Shown here piece after piece: positions 9,904 through 20,660 of a DNA stretch of 64,000 nucleotides; positions within the stretch are counted from its first letter, which is position 1, and every line of letters begins with the position of its first letter. Origin of the DNA: Spirochaetaceae bacterium. GTDB lineage: Bacteria > Spirochaetota > Spirochaetia > DSM-2461. The position numbers and the translations under genes were made by a program. The stretch spans positions 1 to 64,000 of the forward strand of contig JAOPTT010000013.1 in NCBI GenBank assembly GCA_051531975.1, written 5' to 3'. A model generated the notes under the pieces. That model was not told the DNA's origin, ran no database searches, and worked only from the letters and a program-made list of their open reading frames with translations.

Positions 9904-11049
9904 ATGAGAATTTATTTATCCCTAATATTTTTTTTAATTATTCCCTCCTATCAATTAGTTTCCAACGAAATCATTTTAGCTTCATCAGCTTCATATTTAG
10001 GATCGAATAAAGAGCTTGGAATTAACTACTTATTAGGTGCTAATACATATTTCGATTATGTTAATAAGAATGGTGGAATAAAAGGTAGGAAAATAAAATT
10101 ATTATCCTTAAACGATAGTTATGTTCCAGAGTTAACTGTTGTTAATACAATTAAATTTTTAGAAAACAGAGATTTATTAATGCTATTTAATTATGTTGGA
10201 ACACCTACAACAAATTCTATACTGCCTATGTTAAAACTTGAAGAAAAAAACAACCTTATTCTATTTGGTAATTTAACAGGGTCAGGCTCTCAAAGAGATG
10301 CACCATATAATAGTTTTGTTTACAATATTAGATCTTCCTATGGTGATGAAACCTCAAAACTTGTTGATTATTTTTTGGCTCAAGGTAAAAAACGTATTGG
10401 AGTCTTTTACCAAATTGATGATTTTGGACAGAGCGGATTTAGTGGTATTAAAAAAAGTCTTGAAGAAAAAGGGTTGGTAATAGCAGGAGAGACTTCCTAC
10501 AAAAAAGGTGCAACTTGGAATGATTCAATGGAAGCGCAAGCTAGGTATTTAAAAGAAAAAGAAGTTGATGTTATAATATCCATATCAACTTATGAGGCTG
10601 CAGCTGGATTTATACGAGATACAAGAGCAATTGGATTAAATGTTCCTATTTCAAACATTTCTTTTGTAGATGTAAATGCACTTTTTAATATATTAAGATC
10701 TAATTCAGTAGATTTTAATGAACTGTATTTTACTGAAATATTACCTAGCTTCAATAATGATACTTATCCGTTTATTAAAAAATATACCCAGATTTTTACT
10801 AAAAGCCATTATAAAATGAATTTTATATCACTAGAAGGATTTCTTAATGCCTACATCTTGGTAGAAATTCTACGAAACACTGATTATGAAATCAACAGAA
10901 GTAATATTAAGGACATTATTGAAAACATGTCTCCAATTGATCTGGGGTTTGGTAAACATGTTGCATTTACTAAACAGAACCATAATCTACTAAACTCTGT
11001 CTATATTTATAAAGGATTAAAAGGTGGAGGTATTGTTGAAGTTCAGTAA
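9904..11049 (+). CDS. Periplasmic binding protein, type 1 (Leu/Ile/Val-binding-like)
   Basis: Signal peptide, NKNGGIKGRKI.L…D.Y.P, YVGTPT, R.SY..E, DDFG. Confidence 0.88.
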   Translation: MRIYLSLIFFLIIPSYQLVSNEIILASSASYLGSNKELGINYLLGANTYFDYVNKNGGIKGRKIKLLSLNDSYVPELTVVNTIKFLENRDLLMLFNYVGTPTTNSILPMLKLEEKNNLILFGNLTGSGSQRDAPYNSFVYNIRSSYGDETSKLVDYFLAQGKKRIGVFYQIDDFGQSGFSGIKKSLEEKGLVIAGETSYKKGATWNDSMEAQARYLKEKEVDVIISISTYEAAAGFIRDTRAIGLNVPISNISFVDVNALFNILRSNSVDFNELYFTEILPSFNNDTYPFIKKYTQIFTKSHYKMNFISLEGFLNAYILVEILRNTDYEINRSNIKDIIENMSPIDLGFGKHVAFTKQNHNLLNSVYIYKGLKGGGIVEVQ

Positions 11050-12979
11050 AATTAGAAAAATTACTCATTCATTATACTTTAGAATAATTACTGGTATTGT
11101 TATGTCAGTTTTAATTCTTGGAACTATTAGTTCTGTAATTATAATAAATACCACAGATAAGAAAGTTTTGGATCTAGAAGAAAACTTTTCAACTATTGTA
11201 ACCGAAAGTATTAGTAGAACTATTGTATATCAAATTCTTTTTTCTGATCCTAGTTTATTACAAGGTACTCTAAATTCTTTAATAGATGATGAAACAGTTC
11301 TATTTGCTTTTATAGTTGATAAAAACAGTAACATTACTTATCATACCTTTCACCCATTCATTCCAAAAGAGATAAAAAACATAAATAACTATCTTAATGA
11401 TATTGAGCTTGATGTTTCAGGATATGGAAATATCAATTTAAGAAGTGGTCCTATCTATTATGGATTAATTGGTAGAATTGTTTTAGGTGTTAAAAAAACA
11501 GAAAATGTTTCTCTTTGGATTAAAATTATTTTAATTAATGCGTTCATACTGTTATTAATTATTTTAATTACAATTTTTATCCTATCCAGAAACCTTACAA
11601 CACCTCTATTTTCACTGATAAGATCTCTTGATAATCAAGATGAAAATGGTATACCTATAAAACTAATTAAAAGTCCAAAAATTGAAGAGTTTAAAATTCT
11701 TATAAACACAGTAAACAATATGATTATTAATATAAAAGAGTCCCATTCTCAATTAAAAATAATATTTGATTACTCTCTAAGAACAATAATAATAATAACT
11801 GACGTAGATGATAATATAATACTTTTTAATAAAGGGGCTGAAAATATTCTTGGTTATAGTGGAGATCAGCTAATAAAAAAAGAGAAATATTACAATATTA
11901 TAAAAGAGGAAAATTGTCGTATTAAAAAAAATCTTTTAAAAGATGAATTTAATGAAGAAGAGTGGATTTTTAGATCTTTTTATAATAAAGAAGTAAATGT
12001 AAATATAATATATACACATATTACTGGTAAAAATAGTGAAGTGACTGGTACCATCTTTTTTGGTCAGGACATTACCCAGAAAAAATGCCAAGAGAAGAAA
12101 ATTTTAGAAATTAATGAAAAATTGAAACTACATAAAGAGAATCTTGAAATTATTGTCGATTCTAGAACCTTTGAACTTCAAGAATCACTTAAAAACCTTG
12201 AAGAGACAAAAGATAAACTTGTTGAGTCAGAGAAACTATCATCTTTAGGAGGTTTGGTTGCTGGCGTTGCTCATGAAATCAATACTCCTGTTGGTATAGG
12301 GGTTACTGCTGCAAGTTTCCTTGTTGGTGAAACTCAAGAATTTCAGAAATTATTCAACGAATCGAGCATTACCAAAAAGAATATGGAAGATTATTTATCA
12401 CAAACTATTTTAACCGGGAATATAATTTTACAAAATATGAATAAAGCCTCTAACTTAGTAACAAGTTTTAAACAGATAGCTGTAGATAGAACAACTGATG
12501 GGAAAAGAAGTTTTTTTATAAAAGAGTATATTGAAGAAGTACTCTTAAGTATCCATTACGAAATAAAACAGAGTAAACATGAAATAAACATATACTGTGA
12601 AAATGATTTCTACATTACAAGTTTTCCAGGAGTTCTTTCCCAAATTTTAACAAACTTGATATTCAATTCATTTATCCACGGACTTGAAGACATAGAGAAA
12701 GGTGTAATAGATATAAATATTACCAATGAAAAAGAACTGTTTATAATTGAGTATAAAGATAATGGTTGTGGTATAAAGCCAGATCTTTTATCAAAAATAT
12801 ATGAACCATTTTATACTACAAAAAGAGCTAATGGAGGTACTGGTTTAGGCTTAAATATTGTTTACAACCTAATCAGTTCAAAGTTAAATGGGTCTATAGA
12901 TTGTATTAGTGAATTAAACAAATTTACTAAGTTTATATTAAGAATTCCACATGATAATAGTACAAAAAAAATTATCTAA
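11024..12979 (+). CDS. Membrane sensor histidine kinase with HAMP-like and PAS domains
   Basis: Two TM segments, PAS (FNKGAENILGY), H-box AHEINTP, DNGCGI, FYTTK, GGTGLGL. True start may be TTG 11036. Confidence 0.92.
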   Translation: MEVLLKFSKIRKITHSLYFRIITGIVMSVLILGTISSVIIINTTDKKVLDLEENFSTIVTESISRTIVYQILFSDPSLLQGTLNSLIDDETVLFAFIVDKNSNITYHTFHPFIPKEIKNINNYLNDIELDVSGYGNINLRSGPIYYGLIGRIVLGVKKTENVSLWIKIILINAFILLLIILITIFILSRNLTTPLFSLIRSLDNQDENGIPIKLIKSPKIEEFKILINTVNNMIINIKESHSQLKIIFDYSLRTIIIITDVDDNIILFNKGAENILGYSGDQLIKKEKYYNIIKEENCRIKKNLLKDEFNEEEWIFRSFYNKEVNVNIIYTHITGKNSEVTGTIFFGQDITQKKCQEKKILEINEKLKLHKENLEIIVDSRTFELQESLKNLEETKDKLVESEKLSSLGGLVAGVAHEINTPVGIGVTAASFLVGETQEFQKLFNESSITKKNMEDYLSQTILTGNIILQNMNKASNLVTSFKQIAVDRTTDGKRSFFIKEYIEEVLLSIHYEIKQSKHEINIYCENDFYITSFPGVLSQILTNLIFNSFIHGLEDIEKGVIDINITNEKELFIIEYKDNGCGIKPDLLSKIYEPFYTTKRANGGTGLGLNIVYNLISSKLNGSIDCISELNKFTKFILRIPHDNSTKKII

Positions 12980-12990
12980 ACTGATATTTT

Positions 12991-13554
12991 CTACATCATA
13001 TTTTCTACATTAGTAATATTATAATTCAAAAATGATACTTTATATATATCTGGCTTCTTTGATTTTTTCCAGAAGTTATATCCATATGAATCATCAAAAT
13101 ATTTTAAAATAATAGTCAGTATATTCCCATGTGTACCAATAGCTATTGATTTTCCTTTGTATTGATCTAATAAGTTCTTTAGTAATGGTATAGCCCTACT
13201 TTGAGCTTCTCTTGTAGTTTCTCCACCTTCCAAACAATAATCGATATCATCAAATGATTTCTTAATAGCATTATTGATCTCTTCCCATTCTACTTTAATA
13301 TCTGAACCTTTAATTCCACGTTCAATTAACTCGTCATATGTATCTATATTTAGATCTAACTTAATTGATAATGGATGAACAGTTTCTATGGCTCTTTTAT
13401 AACTACTTGAAATAATAGCTGCAAAGTTAATATGCTGAAGTTTTTCAACTAACATATCAGATTTTCTAATTCCATCTAAAGTTAGACCACGTTCTTTCTC
13501 TTTATCAAATATAAACTTTGATTCAGCATGTCGTATAAAATATATATGTGTCAA
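12991..13554 (-). CDS. Histidine phosphatase family protein
   Basis: FIRHAES, SS.YKRAIET, GGET, GTHG. Confidence 0.9.
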   Translation of the reverse strand: MTHIYFIRHAESKFIFDKEKERGLTLDGIRKSDMLVEKLQHINFAAIISSSYKRAIETVHPLSIKLDLNIDTYDELIERGIKGSDIKVEWEEINNAIKKSFDDIDYCLEGGETTREAQSRAIPLLKNLLDQYKGKSIAIGTHGNILTIILKYFDDSYGYNFWKKSKKPDIYKVSFLNYNITNVENMM

Positions 13555-13597
13555 ATTATGTCCTTATTATTATTTTTTGAGCTACAGCCCCAATATA

Positions 13598-14071
13598 TTA
13601 TAGATTAAGATCTTTACTCATAGGTTGTATTTTTAAACCAGAAAAATTTCTTATACCAGTTGTCTTCTTATATCCTAATTTCTGATAAAACACAGTTGCA
13701 TATATAGAAGCTCTTAACTTAATTATAGTAATACCATTTTTTATTGTTTCTTCTTCAAATTTAATTACAAGTTTACGGGCAATACCTCTGTTTTGAAACT
13801 CTTTATTTACAAAAAGATTTATTATACGTCCATCAAATCCCCTCATTATTCCAATAACATTATCATCTTGAATTGCCAAATAACAATAAGGTGTGCGGCT
13901 AAAAGATTTTTCTAATATATCAATTTGTGTGATGTCTGGATTGTAATAAGAAACATATTGTTCAACTGCTTCTTTTGATCCTTCATCATGATTAAATTCT
14001 TTATATGTATCACTAATTAGTTTACAACAAGGGGTAAGGTATCTATTTTCATATTCAATAATTTTTATCAT
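13598..14071 (-). CDS. GNAT N-acetyltransferase
   Basis: NLFV…QNRGIARKL, A..FYQKLGY. Confidence 0.9.
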   Translation of the reverse strand: MIKIIEYENRYLTPCCKLISDTYKEFNHDEGSKEAVEQYVSYYNPDITQIDILEKSFSRTPYCYLAIQDDNVIGIMRGFDGRIINLFVNKEFQNRGIARKLVIKFEEETIKNGITIIKLRASIYATVFYQKLGYKKTTGIRNFSGLKIQPMSKDLNL

Positions 14072-14102
14072 ATTTATCCCTTAGTATACAGAAGACTTTG
14101 TA

Positions 14103-15146
14103 TCATCTAAATATATTCTCTCTAATTTTAATAGATCTGTTTTTTGGATCAATCTGAAATTTAATGCCTAATGGAATTATTAAATTAGGGTCTGTATGTC
14201 CAAAATTCATGTTTGATACTATTGGAATATTTTTTATACCAAATTCATTGTTAATGATATTTAATATAACTTCATCAAGCTCTAAAGATTGCTTTTCTGT
14301 ATAGTCTTTAGGGCGGCCAATTAATAATCCACTAATTTTATTTAATATTCCTTGTACTCCATAGTTTCTTATCCAGAGTCCTACCTGTCCAGGTAGAGTT
14401 GTGCCTTCTGCTACCTCTAGTATTAATATTCTATTATTCCAAAAGTCTGAAGATGGCCAAAATCTTGTCCCATTAATCATATCCAGAACTTCGATACAAC
14501 CACCCCATGTTCTTCCTTCTGCGGCTTCTGTTCCCTGTAACCATCTGAGACCTGGATTCACTTTCAAATCATTTACATCACCTACAGTCTCTTCAATTGA
14601 CCAATCAGGGTAACCATTACTCCATGTTCCAGGTATAGGTAACTCTTTATTAATACTACTGTTCATTAGTGTATCTTTGTAATAACCATTTAGTTCTTTA
14701 AAGTTATGAATCTGAGCCCACCCAGCCATCATTGTTGGACCATGGAATGTAACAAGCCCTAAAGTATTTAAATACGTTAATATTGTTGTTGTATCAGAGA
14801 ATCCCATTATTATTTTAGGATTATTCATTATGACTTCAGTATCTAAATGCTCTAGAATTCTAATAGAATCATCTCCCCCAATAGAGACAAAAATAGCATC
14901 AATGGTTTTATCTTTAAATGCTTCATTAATATCTTCAGCTCTAAGTATTGGGTTTTCATATAGTTGCTTAGCATCCATTCTTGATGTTGAAAATTCAATA
15001 ACTTCAAATTCAAATATATTAATAATATTCTCAACTGCTTTATCAAGGATTTTAGGGAATATAGAAGGTCCTCCCCAACTTGGAGAAATAACCGCTATTT
15101 TACTTCCTTTTGATAGTTTTGGTGGTTTAACTATTTTTTCAATCAC
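14103..15146 (-). CDS. S66 peptidase (MccF/LD-carboxypeptidase family)
   Basis: IGGDDS, GFSDTT (catalytic Ser), GGCIE, FGHTDP (His). Confidence 0.92.
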   Translation of the reverse strand: MIEKIVKPPKLSKGSKIAVISPSWGGPSIFPKILDKAVENIINIFEFEVIEFSTSRMDAKQLYENPILRAEDINEAFKDKTIDAIFVSIGGDDSIRILEHLDTEVIMNNPKIIMGFSDTTTILTYLNTLGLVTFHGPTMMAGWAQIHNFKELNGYYKDTLMNSSINKELPIPGTWSNGYPDWSIEETVGDVNDLKVNPGLRWLQGTEAAEGRTWGGCIEVLDMINGTRFWPSSDFWNNRILILEVAEGTTLPGQVGLWIRNYGVQGILNKISGLLIGRPKDYTEKQSLELDEVILNIINNEFGIKNIPIVSNMNFGHTDPNLIIPLGIKFQIDPKNRSIKIRENIFR

Positions 15147-15320
15147 ATTTATATCCTTAATTTTTATATTATATAACTTTTAATTTAAAAAAAAGAATAG
15201 CCTTACTATCAACTCGGTATTTACTTTGTAGATTATTGTAGGTAGATTCTTAATAAATAATGCCGGCGATTTATCAGATACAAGTTACTTATGGCTAATA
15301 TTGCTTAACAAGGAGCACCT

Positions 15321-16070
15321 GTGAAGAAAATTAAACTCACAACTGATTTATATCAGTATCAATTCCCACCTTTTAATGGAGATTCTTTTGGCTACAATAT
15401 TCATGTTTTAATTGCTAAAAATGAAGCTTTATTAATAGATACTGGCTTTGAAGAACATACTCTGTTGGTAAAGGCTGATTTAGAACAAAACGGTATTTCT
15501 ATTACTCATGTTGTATTCTCCCATTTTCACCCTGACCATATATCCGGTTTGTGTGTTTTGGATAATCCTAAATTATTTGGTAGTATACATTTTCAGCAAT
15601 CGTTAGATAAATTCACTCCAGTAGAGAAACACGTCCTTTTTAACAATCTTACGCCTCTAGCCGGGAAATCGGAGTTGGTTTTTGGTAACTTCAACCTTCA
15701 ATTTAAACTAGCCCAAGGACATGTTGTTTGTGGAATGTTCACCATAATCAATAAAACCTTCGTGCAGGTTGCAGACGATATAATGACCTCTAATGAAGGA
15801 GACGCGATATTACCATCAGTAAAAGCGGCTAATGTACAAAAACATATTAACTCCTTAGAGTTCCTCAAAGGATATTCTGGAAAAACCTTATTGCTTTCCC
15901 ATGGCAATGCCATTACTGGGGATAAAAGTATTTTAACCGCCATCAAAGATCGACAACAATATTTAAAGGCTATCGCAGAAAACCCTAATCCAATTAGCAT
16001 TGAGAAGGCAATAACAAACTGCAACTGCGATTTTCTTCATAAAGAGTGGCATAATTTTGTTTATAGCTAA
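15321..16070 (+). CDS. Metallo-beta-lactamase fold hydrolase
   Basis: LIDTG, SHFHPDHISG (HxHxDH), GH and SHG; AAGGAG RBS with GTG start. Confidence 0.9.
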   Translation: MKKIKLTTDLYQYQFPPFNGDSFGYNIHVLIAKNEALLIDTGFEEHTLLVKADLEQNGISITHVVFSHFHPDHISGLCVLDNPKLFGSIHFQQSLDKFTPVEKHVLFNNLTPLAGKSELVFGNFNLQFKLAQGHVVCGMFTIINKTFVQVADDIMTSNEGDAILPSVKAANVQKHINSLEFLKGYSGKTLLLSHGNAITGDKSILTAIKDRQQYLKAIAENPNPISIEKAITNCNCDFLHKEWHNFVYS

Positions 16071-16114
16071 GCTTTGTGCATATAAATAGAAACTACCGGG
16101 TTTCCCCTGACTAG

Positions 16115-16525
16115 TTATTTTTTCTCTTTTACTAATTTATCATAAAGAGGATATAGATCTGATTCTTCTTTATGAATTCTAACTTCAAGTAGTTTTATTA
16201 TTTTAGTGTAGTCTGAACTATTGTGGATATTATATTCATCTTCTTCACTTTTTTTAAAGAAATTGGAAATTATATTACCTATAGTTTCGAGTCCCGCTGT
16301 AAACTCTTTGACTGTATCTAAGGCGTTGTTATTAGCTGTAGATAACTCTTTTAATTTGGGATAAAGGTTTAAATCTTCATATACCAAATGATCAGCTAAC
16401 AATAATTTAACTGTTGTTAGGTATGCTGATCTTTGATCTAAAGTGAGTTTATTTGACTTACATCTTTTTAATAATGTTAACATTACTATGTGTTCATTTT
16501 TTAAGTACTTTATAATTTCAGTCAT
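16115..16525 (-). CDS. Hemerythrin-like domain protein
   Basis: L.NEH, HL..ED..LYP, RI.KEE..LYP. Confidence 0.85.
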   Translation of the reverse strand: MTEIIKYLKNEHIVMLTLLKRCKSNKLTLDQRSAYLTTVKLLLADHLVYEDLNLYPKLKELSTANNNALDTVKEFTAGLETIGNIISNFFKKSEEDEYNIHNSSDYTKIIKLLEVRIHKEESDLYPLYDKLVKEKK

Positions 16526-16703
16526 TAATATTCCTTATTAAAATTATTTTCATTATGTAATTTTAATCAACATGACAACAATACCACTTAGTATAAACAA
16601 TAAATACTGTATTATATCAAATTCTGTATGTAATTATATTAGTTTTCCACTATTTCATTCCATGCAATTCTATTTGTTTGTGTGATATCATTAAGATTCA
16701 AAA

Positions 16704-17273
16704 TTATAATTTCTTACGTAAAGAAGGTATTTTTAACCCTTCTTCAGATGATGCAATTAATATTCCTAGCCTTTTTAATTGTGTTTCTACTCTCTTTGCA
16801 CTCATTACCCACCATATAGATTCTCTTTTATAAGATGATGCTAAATTAGAAAAGAACAACCAAGATTGTTTGTTAGCTTTTAATTGCTCTTCATACTCAC
16901 TAGATAAGGGTATATTTCTATGATCAGAAGTATATCCTAGTTTATCAGTTCTCTTATTAAAGAGGTCCAGACCTTCAGGCCTCATTTTACCAAGTTCTAT
17001 TAGTACAATAACCTTGTTTACGTTTATGGCACTCCATACACTAGTTACCTTTCTTGGAGTGAAACGTATCTTATATCTCTTATCATCAACTGTTTTTCGT
17101 ATACCATCGATCCAACCAAAACAGAGAGCCACATCTACTGATTCAGACCATGTTAGAGTTGCTTGTCCTGTACTTTTTTTGAAATATCCTACCCAAAGTT
17201 CACTATCGTCAGCATGTTCTTCTAACCAACTATTAAACTCGACTTGGTTTTTAAAAAATATTGGGTCTCTCAT
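16704..17273 (-). CDS. YdeI/OmpD-associated family protein
   Basis: WLEEH, ALCFGWIDG, RFTPRK..S.WS..N, WV.SAKR.ET. Confidence 0.92.
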   Translation of the reverse strand: MRDPIFFKNQVEFNSWLEEHADDSELWVGYFKKSTGQATLTWSESVDVALCFGWIDGIRKTVDDKRYKIRFTPRKVTSVWSAINVNKVIVLIELGKMRPEGLDLFNKRTDKLGYTSDHRNIPLSSEYEEQLKANKQSWLFFSNLASSYKRESIWWVMSAKRVETQLKRLGILIASSEEGLKIPSLRKKL

Positions 17274-17440
17274 ATTCTATTCTCCATATATAACTTATAT
17301 TACAGGCTCTTTCACCCTCTGTTCCAGCCAGAGGGGAGTTTAAATTTGGATTTTATTTATCCTGTTTTTTAAGCCACTTTAAAATAGTTTGGTTTGTCTC
17401 TTTTTGTACAAATTATTATAGAGAATGTAACATAGTGCTG

Positions 17441-17456
17441 AGACAGGTGTATGTCA
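17441..17456 (-). promoter_or_regulatory. Putative WYL-regulator operator (TGACA-N6-TGTCt) upstream of a TATAAT -10 element (17415-17420)
   Basis: GACA-ggtgta-TGTC dyad between the WYL gene and the ydeI-like gene. Confidence 0.55.
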
Positions 17457-17477
17457 GGTTTGAATCATGATGATATT

Positions 17478-18407
17478 TTATTTATATTTTTCATACATTG
17501 AACTTATTCTAGATTCAACAATTCTACGTACATTTTCAGGTCCTATAACCTCTACGTGTTCACCAAAACTCAATATCAATGAGAAATACCACTCCAGGTC
17601 AGGAAATGTTGCAATTACAAGAAGTTCTCCTGTATCTAGAAATTCAATATTATCATTATCAAAAATATCTTCAACTCTAACCCTCACCTTGTGTGTGAAT
17701 TTTAGTATAATATTTATTAAAGAGATATTCTTATTAGAGGCATCTTCAATTTCCCTATATGTCTTTTTTCTACGGGTGAATCGTTTATTCTCTACCTCAA
17801 GGTCAATGATTCTTGAAATCCTGAATGTTCTAAAATCCTCCTTTAATTGACAAAAAGCAAATATGTACCATGTGAAACCTTTAAATACTAAAGACATTGG
17901 TTCTACCTGTCTTCTACTTGTTTCATTCGAATAGTTTCTATATGTAATTGTAATCAGCTGTGATTGAAAAATAGCATTCTGAACTGTTTTGATAAGTTGC
18001 TTTTGTTTAGTTGTAGATGTCCAGGGTTGCATACCAATAATTATCTGTTCCATATGCAGATTAAGATGATTGGTTTTATCTTTTGGAATAAGATTTTGTA
18101 GTTTTTCTATTGATGATTCAAGCTCAACATCTTCGAGGGTTGAGTTTATTCCTTTAAGTGCTGATAGTATTGAACATAAATTGTTTAGTGTTAAAACCTG
18201 GTTGTCTAATTTATAATTCTCTATAATACCAAATCCACCATTATTCCCAGGGAATGACAGAACTGGAATACCAGCCATATTAATTGCTTCAATGTCTCTA
18301 TAAACTGTTCGAACTGAAATTTCGAACTTTTCTGCAATTTCTTTAGCAGATATTCTATTTCTATTAAGTAACATAACAATTATTGTAAGCATACGGTCAA
18401 TTTTCAT
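17478..18407 (-). CDS. YafY family HTH-WYL transcriptional regulator
   Basis: MKIDR…EISVRTVYRDI, G.NGG, R.VEP..L…WY…C..K…R.FRISRI. Confidence 0.93.
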   Translation of the reverse strand: MKIDRMLTIIVMLLNRNRISAKEIAEKFEISVRTVYRDIEAINMAGIPVLSFPGNNGGFGIIENYKLDNQVLTLNNLCSILSALKGINSTLEDVELESSIEKLQNLIPKDKTNHLNLHMEQIIIGMQPWTSTTKQKQLIKTVQNAIFQSQLITITYRNYSNETSRRQVEPMSLVFKGFTWYIFAFCQLKEDFRTFRISRIIDLEVENKRFTRRKKTYREIEDASNKNISLINIILKFTHKVRVRVEDIFDNDNIEFLDTGELLVIATFPDLEWYFSLILSFGEHVEVIGPENVRRIVESRISSMYEKYK

Positions 18408-18558
18408 GATAATTTCCTCTATATATGTTTAACATCTTTTGTGTTTAAGTTTTCTTTATTAGAATAACATGAGAAGTTATTAATAGATCAAGTTTTGGTA
18501 GGTCAAATATAGTTTTAAAGTTATCTAGATCACTTAAATTTACCTATAATGTCTTATA

Positions 18559-18801
18559 TTAAAACTCTTTAATAATCTTCTTAGATCCACATTTATTACA
18601 CTTGTAAGTATAAAGAACTCTCTCTCTAAAACCTTTAAAGAATGAAATTCTTATTGTTTTTGTGATATTCATGGATATGTCACCTTCAGACTTATACAAT
18701 CTCATTTTAATTTGACACTTATCACAACTAGGAATACGTTTTCTATAAAATATAATACCCAATATAATGACTAATAATATAACGACCCATGTATAATTCA
18801 T
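18559..18801 (-). CDS. Small membrane-anchored zinc-ribbon protein (hypothetical)
   Basis: N-terminal TM helix, CDKC…CNKCG; GAGGA RBS. Confidence 0.7.
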   Translation of the reverse strand: MNYTWVVILLVIILGIIFYRKRIPSCDKCQIKMRLYKSEGDISMNITKTIRISFFKGFRERVLYTYKCNKCGSKKIIKEF

Positions 18802-19161
18802 TTAATATCCTCATAAAATATTTTATATATCGTTCTGTGAATATGCAACGTTTTATTTTTTAAGGTTTCACTGTTTCCCTTTATTGGTCACGATTAAGAT
18901 TTGTGTGAATCCAACATACTATATCAGTAGTCTTCTCCTGATTTCTATAATTAACTTTTTCTATATAACATGACTTAAAAGCAGCATATCTGGATATAAA
19001 ATTACTAATGTTAAGTCTATAATAATTCATAACAATTATTAACCAAAAACCACTTGTAAATAATATGGGCACATTAGAAATAAATATATATATCTATTTA
19101 AGGATTAAACATGTAAAACAGTTAACATTTACTTACAATTGTACTTAACAAGGGGAATAAT

Positions 19162-20598
19162 ATGTCTGAATTAAATGAAAAACTATTAGATAAAAAGTTA
19201 GAATCAATAGAGAGTTCTAGAAACTGGGCACCAAGAATTATATCCAAGCTTGAGAAGTTTATTAGAACAGCCAACGATTATGACCTGTATAAAATAAATC
19301 CTATTTCCTTTGCTCTAGAGAAACAATTTGAAGAAAAAGAAGTAATAGACCTGTTTCTCTGGTGCACAAAAGAGGGAATATTTACAATTAATTGGGGAAT
19401 TGTATGTCCAACCTGCGGTGATGACTTTGGAAGCTTCAGGACACTTAAACAGGTATCAAATCACTATTTTTGCAACGTGTGCAGAGTTAAATCATCAATA
19501 ACTCTGGATAACCATATAATGGTAACTTTTACAATTAATTCAGATATTAGGCGTATTAAATATCATAACCCGGATGAATTATCAGTTAAAGAGTTTGTAA
19601 ATAAATATCACTACTCAAGGGAAGGTAAAATTCAAGGCGACAATATTACTTTTCCAGCCTTTTTAAAAAAATATATAAAAGAGTGGATAGAGTTGGAGCC
19701 AGATATGAAAAGAAGCTACTCTTTTAATTTTCCTGAAGGATATATAGTTGGGTTTGATCTTCAAAATGAAGCAGGTTTTTGTATCCCTATAAAAAAGGGC
19801 TGCGGGAATAGGACTGTAAAGCCTTTATTCAAAAAAGATGTGTATGATTATGATATGGATGTATGTGTAGAACCCGGAGATATAGAATTAGAAGTAAGTA
19901 ATCTTTGCAACATAAAAACTAGAGGGATGATAATGTTTGAACCGCCAATGGATGAGAGTAGAACTCAGCCCAATTTAATTTTTGATCCTTTCCTGTCCGG
20001 TAAGATTTTAATAAATAATCATACATTTAATACTCTTTTTAAAAACGAAGTAATTGTAAGCGATGAAGGTATAGATATAAAAGATATGACATTTCTGTTT
20101 ACAGATTTAAAAGGATCAACAGAGATTTATGAAAGAATTGGTGATATGCAGGCATATTCACTGGTAAACCAGCACTTTCAGCTTTTAGAGGGTGTAGTAA
20201 CCAGCATGAATGGAAATGTTATAAAAACAATTGGTGATGCAATTATGTCTACATTTATAGAACCAGGTGATGCTTTGAAAGCAGCAATAGAGATGAATAA
20301 AAAAATTAAATCCTTTAATAATAATTCTGATAGCCAGGAATTAGTATTAAAGATTGGAATTCATAAAGGACCATCAATAGTAGTATCTCAAAATAAACAG
20401 GTTGATTATTTTGGAAGGTCGGTAAATATAGCTTCACGTATCCAGCATATTGCCAAACCAACAGAGATTAATATTACAGAGGAAGTGTATAATTCCGTTG
20501 GTATTAATAAACTATTAGAAGAATATAACGTTAGCCCTACTAATACCCTGTTAAAAGGAATAGAGAATGAACTGCAGGTATTCAGTGTTTCTGAATAA
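19162..20598 (+). CDS. Class III adenylate/guanylate cyclase with DUF5939-like N-terminus
   Basis: CPTC…CNVC zinc ribbon; FTDLKGST, KTIGDAIM, DYFG..VN.ASR. Confidence 0.9.
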   Translation: MSELNEKLLDKKLESIESSRNWAPRIISKLEKFIRTANDYDLYKINPISFALEKQFEEKEVIDLFLWCTKEGIFTINWGIVCPTCGDDFGSFRTLKQVSNHYFCNVCRVKSSITLDNHIMVTFTINSDIRRIKYHNPDELSVKEFVNKYHYSREGKIQGDNITFPAFLKKYIKEWIELEPDMKRSYSFNFPEGYIVGFDLQNEAGFCIPIKKGCGNRTVKPLFKKDVYDYDMDVCVEPGDIELEVSNLCNIKTRGMIMFEPPMDESRTQPNLIFDPFLSGKILINNHTFNTLFKNEVIVSDEGIDIKDMTFLFTDLKGSTEIYERIGDMQAYSLVNQHFQLLEGVVTSMNGNVIKTIGDAIMSTFIEPGDALKAAIEMNKKIKSFNNNSDSQELVLKIGIHKGPSIVVSQNKQVDYFGRSVNIASRIQHIAKPTEINITEEVYNSVGINKLLEEYNVSPTNTLLKGIENELQVFSVSE

Positions 20599-20660
20599 TT
20601 TGTTGACACCAGCATAGATATAAACATAAACTTTTATAATAATTAACCAAAGGAAGAGAT

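Noticed and set aside
18881..19072. 63-aa minus-strand ORF
   Set aside because: GTG start without RBS and no recognisable motif; cannot be supported.
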